A stretch of DNA of 42,352 nt. Origin: Chrysochromulina tobinii (taxonomy: Eukaryota). The position numbers were made by a program, and so were the translations under genes. The DNA lies in the NCBI GenBank assembly GCA_001275005.1, contig JWZX01003022.1, forward strand, positions 1 through 42,352, read 5' to 3'. The notes under the pieces are model-generated. The model ran no database searches. It was given only the letters and a program-made list of their open reading frames with translations, and was not told the origin of the DNA. This document shows, piece after piece, positions 9,171 to 19,734 of this stretch; the first letter of the stretch is position 1, and the number at the start of each line of letters is the position of its first letter.

Positions 9171-9573
9171 TTGAACTGTTGAACCCAAAGCTGATCTAGG
9201 CCTTTGAGGAGCAACAGTCTGAGTTCAAGCAGAAGGGTGTGCCCGATGAGGTTGTGCTCGCGATCCAAGCGTGCCACTAAGGACCTCGCGGCGCCGGCGG
9301 TGGCGGGTGTGTGGGGGATACCTTATTGTCGAGAACTTATCGAGAGCCTATTTTGTCATATATGCGGAATGTACTCGACCACGCCGACCTCTTGACACGA
9401 ATATATAGAAATATGCTAAGCCTAGATTTAGCTCTGGTAGACTCTCAATGGTTCAGTGAGAAATGGGGTGCTGGCAAACCGAAAGACACGTGACACGTGG
9501 ACAGATTGGGTTGTCACGCTCACCAGGCTGCTTGTGAGCGGACTGTTCACGCCAACGACCGTGAACTCGGCAA

Positions 9574-12400
9574 ATGCTCGATGTCTTGCTTGAGCTGGCT
9601 AGGCTCGAGCGCACCGCCGATGGCGTGCCGTTTCGAACCTACAGCGTGCCCGACGAGTGGCGCCTCGATGATGAGCGACAGGCCCAGTTTTGGCGCGAGG
9701 CTGCCAAGGCATCGGAGAAGCTCGGCTTTGAGCTCGAGATGGCGATGGCTCGGGCAATCCTCGGGGCGCTGCTCGTGCAGAACAAGTACGTCGACGGGCA
9801 ATCGAGTACGTTTCGCAGCTGGCCATCCCGTGATCGCCATCAGCTCTGGGCGACTGCGTGGCTCGCGCTCCGCTTCGTTTTTGGAAAGAGCTACGAGAAC
9901 GCCGATGTGGACAAGTTGATCCTAGCGCACATGTCCGCCGGGTGCGCGACCGACGCGCTCGTCTTTGCCGTCCGGTCGGAGCTACTGCGCCGCGGCTTCC
10001 TCGTGCCTGCCTCGCTGGACGCGCCCGACGGCCCGCTCAAGCTCTCGCGCGAGCAAGCGAGCTTCCTGCTGGACGGCGACAAGCTCTTCGTGCTGCGGAC
10101 GGCCGTGGCGGCACGGCGGCCTTGGTGGGCTCTGCCACTGCAAGCGCAGTCCGTGGCGGCGCCGCGGCCCGCAATGGGCAGCGCGGCGGCCGCGCTCACC
10201 GCGCGCTCCTTCCGCTGCGTGCTCCTCGAGCCGCTCGGTAGTGGCGGCAGCATCGACGGCGCGTCCGGGAACGCAAGCAGCCAGGACGGCGCCCTCGTCG
10301 CTCAGGACGGCGCCTCGCCGCTGCCGAGCGCACTCTTCGTGCCAGTGGGTGGCGGTGCGCCACTTGCATGCACGCACGTCGAGGGGGGCGTGAGCGAGGG
10401 CGGCGAGTGCTTCGCTGCGCTCGCATGCACCTTTGACGAACCCACCTCATGCATGGAGGTGATTGCGATGGATTGCGATGGATTGCGATGGATTGCGATT
10501 GATTGGCACTCATGGCTACCGATAGCCACGGTTCGCCTCCGATTGTGATTTCGATTGATTGCGATTGATTGCGATTGATTGCCACGGTTCGCCTCCGATG
10601 ACATCCCCCTTCCGCTTCCACTTTCCCCACAGCTACGCATGAGCGGCGCGTCGCGTCTGCCACCGTTTCGCGTCGAGGCGCTCGTTGAGGGTCCAAATAT
10701 GGCAGGTGAGACGTGGAGACTGCTGCAGTGCCAGCCGCTACCGACGGGTGAGGAGCGCCTAAATCAAGGGCGCGACGCCCTTCGGTGCTTCCTGCCGTCC
10801 GCTGCGATACCAACCCGCGGGGGGCTTGGGGCGTCTGCTGGCGCTACTGGCGCTGGCGGTGCTGGTGGTTCTGGCGGCGGCGGCGGCGACGGCGGCGGCA
10901 GCGACGGCGGCGGTGGAGATGGCGGCGGTGGCGGTGGCGGCGGTGGTGGTGAGACAGCTGAGCTCATGGCTTCCGCGTTTGGTCGCTTACTTGAGAGCGT
11001 GGCCGCCCAGTCGGGCGGCGGAGTCTTCGTCACCGACGGAGGGCGCCTCGTCCTCCATCGATGGCCCGGCAAGCAGAAGCAGCAGGCGACCGTTGTGCTC
11101 TGGCTCGCCCTCCATCTCCGGCCGGAGATCTCGTACCTCGAGCACGAGATTGATTGGCTCATCGGCGCGCATCACAGCCGTTCGGCGATCCCCGACTGCC
11201 CGACGATCCGAAAGGAACTCGCTCGACTTGGTTTCATGGAGCGGACTGCGGGCGGCGGCGGCGTGCGCCTCCTCGAGGAAGGGCTCGCCACGGCGCTCCG
11301 TCGGTTGGGACTCGATCCAAATTTGGGACTCGATCCAAATTTGGGACTCAATCCTACCGTATCGGGCGCCGTGTCGGGCGCCGTCGAAGGGCAGGCAGAC
11401 GGGTTGCCTGGGCCACCGGCGGCCAATCAACCGCCACCAGCTGTCACTCCACCGCCATCGGCGCCCAGCACGGCGCCACCACCGGTCACTCCACCGCCAC
11501 CACCGGCCAATCAACCGCCACCAGCGCCCAGCACGGCGCCACTGGTGCCCGTCACGGCGCCACCGGCGGCAAACGTCTCGAGCGACGGGCGCTGGCGGCG
11601 AGCAGCGCCAGCGGTGCCACTCGCGGCGGAGGCGTCAGACCTCGGAGGAGTGCTGACGTCAGACCTCGGAGGGTTGCCAACGGCCGTTCGTGATCGGATA
11701 TTGCATGCGCGTCGTGCGGTGGCCGCCACCCTCTGCTTCGCCCCCCTGACCGGTAAGGGTCTCGGGGTGCTCGCCGCGCGTGCCGTCGAGGAGGGCGAGC
11801 GCATCATCGAGGAGGCGCCTCTGCTGACGCTCACTCCGGATGGGGAAGGGCGCTACGATGGGCAAGTACGCGAGTGAGATGGAGCGGGAGGAGGCACGTT
11901 CGCTGCTGGCCACACTCTGCGTCGCCGGAGTGGGAACCGCCGATGGTGCAGGGGCGAGGGCGGGGGCGAGGGTGGGGGCGGGGGAGGACGGCGCGGAGGC
12001 GCGGTGCGCTCACGACGACGCTTCACTCCTCGGTCGCGCTCACAATGACGCGTCACACCTCGGTCGCGTCATCGAAGCGAACGCCATCGTGATCGAGCCG
12101 TCGGCCGAGCCCGGACGCGAGATCCGCTTCTCCGTGGTCTGCCTGATGATCTCGCGCCTCAATCACAAGTGCTCGCCCAGCTGCAACGCCGAGTTCCGGT
12201 GGAATACGAGGCTGGGCAAGGGCACGGTGTACGCGCTGCGACCGATCGCCCCGGGCGAAGAGATCTGCTTCGATTACGGCGTGGGCAAGCTGCGCTCGCG
12301 CGCCGACCGCCAGAAAGTGCTGCGCGAGAAATTCGGCTTCGAGTGCTGCTGCGAGCGGTGCCGTGAGGAGTGCGACGAGGAGCGGGGGCTGGGCTGGTGA
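9574..12400 (+). CDS. Protein with two DUF2087-like winged-helix segments and a C-terminal SET/post-SET domain
   Basis: Exons 9574-10458 and 10633-12400 with a +1 frame break near 11860. DUF2087-like SYENADVD...VRSELLRRGF and SYLEHEID...DCPTIRKELARLGFMER. SET motifs GKGLGVLAAR, RLNHKC and GEEICFDY; post-SET FECCCERC. Confidence 0.75.
10459..10632 (+). other. Repeat-containing GT-AG intron (174 bp)
   Basis: GTGATT donor, (GATTGCGATG/T)n 10-bp units, internal duplication gccacggttcgcctccgat, pyrimidine tract then CCACAG. Splicing joins CME to LRMSG in frame. Confidence 0.8.
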
Positions 12401-12658
12401 GACAACACGAATTGAGATATGCCGTGCAGATTCCATTACTGCATTGTGGGACGGTGGGCACGGCCAGAGACTTCCATGTACTTCTTGGACGTAGAGTATG
12501 AGCCCGGCGGTCCGACACTCACACTGCTGACTTGTGTACTAATCGCTAAAAAGTCTCCTACACGGCGGCGTGCCTACAGCTACAGTACGCGAGTACGGCC
12601 GTTCCGCCGTTCCCGGTAGAACGCGGCTCGCCTGGGCGTCTCCTTCACAGCGCCTCCT

Positions 12659-14283
12659 TCACAGCTCCTCCTTTTGGACTTCTTCCTTGGCGCGCTCGTC
12701 GGAGAGGTCCTCAAAGCTCTCCGCCTCGATCGCCTCACGCACATACTGCTGCATCATCGCCTCGCGCTTCTCCTTCGCGAGCTCGCGCTTCCGCTGCGCC
12801 TCAGCAGCTGTCATCACCTCCGTGCCGAGCCCGTGCTTGTCCATCCACGCCTGCAGAACCAACCAACGGCCATCAGAGGCCATGAGGGCCAATCAGAGGC
12901 TTATCAGTGGCCATCAGAGGCAGAGCATCAGTGACCGTCAGAGCAATCAGAGGCAATCAGAGGCAATCAGTGGCAATCAGAGGCAATCAGTGGCAATCAA
13001 AGGCCATCCATACTTGGAGGCCCAGATGAGGGACGCAATCAGTAGCAATCAGAGGCAATCAGTGGCAATCAGAGGCCATCCATACTTGGAGGCCCTCGGC
13101 GCCCTTCTCCGCCGCGATCGCCTGCACGAGCTCCTCTACCCCTTTGCCTCCATCCTTGAGCGGGTCGCCAGCTCCTGGTGGTAACCGCTTCTTCTTGACG
13201 TTGTCGTACACGTACCTGATGAGGGAGGCAATCAAGCGGCACTCTCAGCGGCGCGCAGCCGCCTGCAATCCGAGGCCATCCGAGGCCATCCGAGGCCATC
13301 CGAGGCCATCACGCACCCCTGCGGCTTGCGCCCCTGTACGTTGCTCCGCGCGCTCTTCACACATCGGAAGCCCATGTTATCGGCAGAGGAGTCCTCAGTG
13401 TTGCCCATGCGCGTGCTCGTGCTGACCTTATGATTCCACTCACCCGACGCCGAGTCGAGGTACGAGCCGCCGCGCAGCACGCGCTGTCGTGACGACTTGG
13501 CGAGGTATGTGCTCGTCCACTCCCACACGTTGCCGAGCATGTTGTACAGTCCGGCGGCGTTGGGCGCGAAGGCATCGGCGGGCGCGAGACCGCCAAACCC
13601 GTCGAGGGCCGCATCGGAGCTCGGGAAGAAGCCCTGCCACACGTTGAGGCGCCACTCGCTCCCATTACTCGGCACCTAGGGTGAGGTTGGGGCTGGGGTG
13701 AGAGCCGGCGTAGGGGTCAGTGCTTGGGGTGGGGTTCAGGTTCGAATTAGCTTCCGCTGCTCGGCACCTCGTCTCCCCATGGGTATGGCTTCATCGCCTT
13801 GGTGAGGCCGACGTGCGGCTGGCGCGCCGCGTACTCCCACTCCGTCTCCGTGGGCAGCCGCTTGCCCGCCCACTTGCAGTACGCCTTCGCATCGTTGAAC
13901 GAGATGTGCACCGCCGGATAGTTGAGGCGCGACTTGATGCCCGACTTGGGCCCGAGCGGGTAGCGCCACGATGCGCCACGCACAGCGAGCCAGTGCGTGG
14001 CGTCCTTGACCGTCTCGTTGGTTGTGGCGCGTGCCTCCTCGGTGGCGTACAGCTCGAGCACGAACGACCATCCGAAGCCCTCCGCCTCGGTGCGGTAGTT
14101 GGTTGCCTTCCGGAACGCCCTGAATTGCTCGTTGGTCACGACGGTCGCGTCCATGAAGAACTCGCGAACCTCGACGCCCTGCGGCTCCAGGTCGTCGCGA
14201 CCGCGCGGCTCGTTGGGCAGGCTGCCCATTATGAACGAGCCGCCGGCGAGGCGAACCATGCCATCGGGGATTGTGTCCGACAT
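12659..14283 (-). CDS. SUMF2: SUMF2-like (FGE-sulfatase domain, formylglycine-generating-enzyme paralogue), 4 exons, C-terminal KEEL
   Basis: Exons 14283-13768, 13675-13317, 13215-13086, 12850-12659 total 1197 nt in frame. Motifs RLPTETEWEYAAR, GNVWEW and RGGSYLD...RMGNTEDSSADNMGFRC are SUMF2-type and lack the SUMF1 catalytic Cys segment. Confidence 0.8.
12851..13085 (-). mobile_element. Long repeat intron (235 bp) containing a nested re-insertion
   Basis: Many CTGATTGCC(T/A) units; a 23-bp duplication at 13001-13023 and 13073-13095 spans the exon/donor junction; acceptor CTGCAG. Confidence 0.8.
13216..13316 (-). other. Repeat-containing GT-AG intron (101 bp)
   Basis: Starts GTGCGTG versus next exon GTACGTG, carries about 4 GATGGCCTCG units and ends TGCCTCCCTCATCAG; phase 2, frame preserved. 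Confidence 0.82.
13676..13767 (-). other. GT-AG intron (92 bp) with decayed exon copy and C-rich 6-bp periodic body
   Basis: GTGCCGAGCAGCGGAAGC versus next exon GTGCCGAGTAATGGGAGC (14/18); body CCTGAACCCCACCCCAAG...CCCCAACCTCACCCTAG. Confidence 0.8.
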
Positions 14284-14517
14284 TTACAATTAAAAGTCAG
14301 CTGGTGACGTGTTCTTTTCGCGCGACCAGACCTCACTGCAGCTCCATTGAGACAACGCCAATGTACAGGTTAGAGATTTTTTTTCTCTGCTTCCAGCCCG
14401 AGAATTCCGCAACAACGTGTCCTAGTATGAATCTTTTGATACAAGAGATTTTGGAGATACCCCTGCAACCGCGTCCCCAAATTCTGAGGCGACGCGGAGA
14501 CCCTTGAGGCGCAGCGG

Positions 14518-17500
14518 ATGGAGGCCTTTCCATCGTCCGAGAGGGTGCCCATCGTCGCAGGGCAGCCGCGGTCGGATGAGCCCGACGTCATCAATCCATG
14601 GGTTCGAACGAGGTTGTCGAAGGTGCGCAACTTCATCAGCGATGCAGCGCAAGACGTTGTTAGCATGAAGAACGACCTTCAAAGCTTGTGGCGCCGCCTT
14701 CGCGGCACGTATGACGACTTTGAGACAGACATGGATGAGGCGTGGGAGCTCCACAGGTGGGAGGTGTCCATGTGCGTTGCAGCTCTCCTCCTCTCAGCGA
14801 GCCTTCCTCTTCTCGTCCTAGTGCAACAACTTAGGGGCTCACAGCACAAACCGTCCGTGACGCCTTGGGCCGATGCCGCAGCTGCCGATTTGAGCCCGGT
14901 CGTGGCCCTCTGGTACAATGGCGAGTGCATCAGCCGAATGGCCGACGGCGCACAGCTCGCGACCGATCTCTCTGCTCAGCTAGTCGACGGCCTCGCCCCC
15001 GATGCCATCCTGGCCATCGTCCTGAGCGCTCTCGGGCTTTTCCTCATCGCCCGGCTCGGCGGCATCCCCGTGCCCACGGGAGTCGTGGGCACGGCCCTCT
15101 ACGCCCTCTGGATGGCCCTCCTCGCACTCCAGTACGCTCTCGTAGGCATGTCGCTCGTGATGACGGCGCGCTCGCTCGACGCGTTGACCTACGCGCTCGA
15201 AGGGTGCGCCCATAGCGCGGCGACCGTCCGATGGAGCGTGCGCCTCACGCTCGTCGCACAGCCCGCGCTGCTCGGGCCGGCTCTGCTGCTCTTTCTGTAC
15301 AGCTATGCCTTCTCGACCGGCCTCAAGGTGTGGAGCGCGACGCAAGAGAGCGCGCGCAAGCTGCTCAGCCGTGAATCGCTGGTGTCGCAGCTCAAGGAAT
15401 CGGTGCAGAGCGTGCCCTTGGTCTCTGCCCACTACTACGTCTCCTACGCCGCGTTCCTCTGGGCCTGCGCCGTGTTGCTTCTCACGTGGCCTGTGGCGAT
15501 CTTCTTCCTACCGGCTGCCGCCCTCATTGCGGCAGCCATCAAGGGCATTTACTGGCTCGCTGGAGTCACGGATGCCCTGATCCCTCCCCCGGCGCAGACA
15601 TGCGGCATCGAGTTTGGCGCCGGGCTCACCTCGTGGCTCAAGGAACTCAGCGACGTATCCTTTGCACCTGGGGGCTTCAGCCTGAGCTCGAGCGCGAGAT
15701 CGATCGAGCGGATGGGCTTCCTCATCATCGAGTTCGGCTCGGATTCGCACGCCAGACTTGGACTGTCCCATCGCAAAGAGCCAGACGACCCGTCGCTCGC
15801 GGCCCTCAACCTCTCACTGGGCGTCTTCTGGCTACTCCTGAGCCTCGCACTGCCCGTGTGCTTCGGCACGTGGCTCGCCATTCCACTCATGCTCGGCTCG
15901 GCGAGCCTCGAGGCCGTCGCCAGCACGATGGTCAGCCTGGGGCTCGCTGCCCTCGATTCCCTCGTGTCGCTCCTCACGCTTCACTGGCGCTGGACGGACT
16001 TGCTCGCGCTGGACGCCATGCTCGCCTTCCTGCAGGCGCCCGTCTCGGCGCTCGGGCAGGCGTCGGGCGCCATGGTGGGCGTGGGGAGCCTCTCTTATGA
16101 CGAGCTGACCGTCGGCGCTTCCCAACTGCTCGTGCTCAACAGCGTGCTGGCACTCGTCAAGCCTTTGGCCATGGTACTGACCAAGATGATGCTCGTGACA
16201 CCTTGCTTTGGCTCTCAGGTCCTCGAGTTTGCAATCAACCTGGGTGCAAACAAGCTCGGCGCTCGCGTGAGCAATGCGAACGTCATCGTCAAAGTGGATC
16301 TCGAGTCGCCGGCGGCTCATGCGGGCGTCCTCGCGGGCGACCTCGTCCTCGCAGTCGATGACGTTGAGTGCAAGGGGGGGCTCACCGCACCCAAGCTATG
16401 GACTGACGGCGCCGGCCGTCCAAATCGCAAGCTTCGCGTCCATCGTCAAGGAGAGACCGTCCTCCAAACACGCTTCGCTGCAGAGGCCATCAGCTTCGGC
16501 GACTGCGTGCTGTCGGAGGTCGAGGGGCTGCTTGCCCGGCTCGGCGCCAAGCCCGGCCATTACGGCGCCATCGTGCTCGACTGCGCCCGTACGACGCTCG
16601 ACGAGGACGATGTCGCGGTGCTGGTACTCGCGATCCCGATGCTCAGGGAACTTACCGAGATTAACCTGAGTGGCAGCGACATGGGCACGGAGACTGTGAT
16701 CGCGCTCGCAAGGGCGTTCAGTGAGGGCTCGAACACCAAGCTCGCCAAGCTCGACGTCTCGGGCAACCGTTTGGAGCCTGCGGGCGCAAAAGCTCTCGCT
16801 GCCTTCGTGGGCGCGAGTTCGCTAAGGGAGGTGAGTCACTGAGTCCCTTGGCACCTAAGTCGGCGCTCTTTGCTCCGATCGGCGCTCTCAGCTCTGAGTT
16901 CTGTCGCCCGTCCCCTTGCACACCAATCGTGCTTCAATCGTGTTGAAGCTCTGCGCACACCTTGTTCACAGCCGCTTCACACCCTATCCACAGGTGAATG
17001 TGGATGGCGTGATGCTCCCAGTCGACAAGCTCAAGGGCACCGATCCGGTCGATGCGCTCGACTTGTCGCGCAAGGGGCTCGGCACGGCGTCTGCGTTCGT
17101 GATCGCCACCCTGATCGGCACGAACCCCACGCTCAAGTCTTTGAACCTCTCGAGCAACAAATTGGCGGGTGAGGCTTCGATTTGGCAGGAGGTCTTTGGC
17201 GAGGACATTGACAAGTCGGACGCGGGCCTGGAGGCGGCGTTTGCCAAGGTGGACGTGGACAAGAGTGGCAAGATGGACGCGGCCGAGGTTAAGGCATACA
17301 TCCTGACCGTGTACAAGAACGGCCTCGACGACAAGGTGGTCAGCGAGATGATGGCGACGGCGGACACGAACAACGACGGAGAGGTCGACCTCAACGAGTT
17401 CAAGATCATCATGCGCGCCGGGCCCCAAAAGTCGGACGAGAGGCCGCAGATGTCCGGAGTGAAAGCCATCTGCGATACCTTGCGCACCAATAGCACGCTC

Positions 17501-19383
17501 ACATCCCTCAACCTCTCGACCAACCGTCTTTGCGGACTAGACGTGTTTGGCAACGGCTCCTACACCGCCGAGGTGATTCTGGTGCTCGCCGAAGCCCTGT
17601 GCACCAACAAGTTCAGCAACTTGTTGAAGCTGGACCTGTCGTGGAACGACATTGGGTTGATAGGCGCCAAAGCTCTTGCTTCCGCACTTGTTGCGAATCG
17701 TTCAATCATAGAGGTGCGCTCAGCGCCACCGCCTGGGCTGCCCTCCCTTCCACTCACAGTCCACGCCGCGCCGTTTGTATAGGTGAATCTGGAGGGCTTT
17801 CCTCTCCCTGTGAAGAAGCTCAAAGGCACGGATCCTGTAGAGGCGCTCGACTTTTCGCGCCAGAAGCTTCGGCTCGCGTCTGCAGTGGTGATCGCCGCCC
17901 TGATCCGCGTGAATCGCACGCTCACCTCCTTGGACCTCTCGAAGAATCAATTGCTCGGCGTGTACCCGCTCATTGAGTCGACTGGGGTGGAGGCCATCGC
18001 GGACGCTCTGGTCCTCAACTCAACGCTCGCCATGCTCGACATGCGCAACAATGACATCAACGGCGACGCGGCGACGCGACTTGCGACCGCTGTGCTCTCG
18101 AGCAAGTCGATGGAGGTCTTCAACGCGATCCCAATAAAGGCCTTGCGCGCCGACGATGTGACTGTGCTCGACCTGAGCGGCAAGGGCTTGATGGCTGTCG
18201 AGGCGCACGTAATTGGCAACCTTGCGGCGAAGTGCCGCTCCCTGACGTCGCTCGATGTCCGCCACAACGACATCTCTGGCACGGCTGCCAAGCAGCTCGC
18301 CAGCGCTGTCCTCGAGAGCAACTCGATGGAGTTCTTCAGTCTGATTCCAATGAAGGCCGAGCACAACTTGGGAACGACTTCCAGCCGACTTGGACACAAA
18401 AACCAAAAACCCGGAATCCTGGGGTTCGAGCTCGAGCTGAGCAACAGGGGGCTCGGTCCAGTGGAGGCGCACGTCATCAGCTCCCTTGCGGCGCAGAACG
18501 TGGCGCTCACGAGCTTGTTGCTCGGTGGCAACTCTCTCAAGGACGAGGGCATCAGCGCGATCTGTGAGGCCATCCAGAGCAATAAGGAGTCCAAGCTCGC
18601 CTCGCTCGACATCTCCGGGAACAGCATCGGCCCCGAAGGTGTCAAGAAGGTGGTTGCCATGGCGGCTGCCGCTCTTTCGCTCACAGAGGTGCGCCCAAGG
18701 CGCCAAGCTCTCCCCCCACCGGACCGCCTGGGCTACCTCCCTTCCACTCACAGTCCACGCTGCGCTGTTCACAGGTGAATCTGGATGGATTTCCTCTCCC
18801 TGTGAAGAAGCTCAACGGCACGGATCCTATAGAGGCGCTCGACTTTTCTGGAAAGGATCTCGGTTTCGCGTCTGCGGCTGTGATTGCCTCCCTCATCGCC
18901 GGCAATAGTTCGTTGCGTGAGTGCAACATGAGCGGCAACAGCAGCTTGGACAGGGGATCAGCCGAAATACTCGCGAACGTGGCCAAGGCTAAGGGCATAA
19001 TGCTGTTCGGCATCAAGCCCGGCCAGAAGGAGGCCGACTTTCACCATCTGAAGCTCACCCACGCGGATGCCATCCTCATCGCGTCGGATGCGGCAATCAG
19101 CGCGAATCTGGACGGAGTGAATCTGGATGGATTTGCTCTCCCTGTGAAGAAGCTCAAGGGCACAGACCCGGTGTACCAGCTTGACCTCTCGAACAAGCGT
19201 CTTGGCATGCCGTCAGCCATCGTAATCGCCTACCTGATCACCACGAATCGCACGCTGACAAGGTTGGACTTGACACACAACCGCATGACTTTTACGGGAG
19301 AGGCAGCTGTGCGAATGGCTGGTGAAGACAAGGGTTCTGGGTTTGAACTGGCAATACACGGGGCAGTCGGTGCCTTGGGCTAA
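14518..19383 (+). CDS. Multi-pass membrane protein with PDZ-like segment, RI/NLRC3-type LRRs and an embedded EF-hand pair (4 exons)
   Basis: Exons 14518-16830, 16994-17713, 17783-18688, 18775-19383 with phase-0 GT-AG introns. Many hydrophobic helices in the N-terminal half, SPAAHAGVLAGDLVLAVD (PDZ-like), LxxLDLSxN repeats, EF loops at 17192-17436. Confidence 0.8.
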
Positions 19384-19734
19384 GCCACCTACATCGGCGG
19401 CTGCGCCTCAGCATCCTGTACGCGCGTTCGGTACATGTATGTTACAACTGAGCAGCTGATGTTCACGCAACAGCAGCTGATGTTCATGTACTATCGTGAG
19501 CAGCTGATGAGCAGCTGATGTTCATTTGACCAGATGTTCACGAGTATCTCCTATCTGAAGTTCCTTTCAAGATTTTAAGTTTCTAGACTGGGCTCGTGCT
19601 TAGACGCTGAGTTCTCTTTTTTTCTTTTCGCTCACCAGTGGAGCTTTTCACGGGTCGCGGACATACGCCTGTGATGAAAACTTGTAAACTCCTGGCTGGT
19701 CGGACGAGATAACCAACCATTTTCTTTGCGAAGG

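Noticed and set aside
11305..11356. 18-bp tandem repeat (LGLDPN x3) as an insertion element
   Set aside because: In-frame coding minisatellite in a low-complexity linker with no flanking duplication or splice signals.
12860..13080. 10-bp repeat arrays as a CRISPR array
   Set aside because: Units are contiguous with no unique spacers, lie inside spliceosomal introns of a eukaryotic gene, and no cas genes are present.
3296..13299. Recurrent peptides MASDGL / [10 protein letters not shown] in many short ORFs as a protein repeat family
   Set aside because: They are translations of the intronic 10-bp repeat in different frames, not coding sequence.
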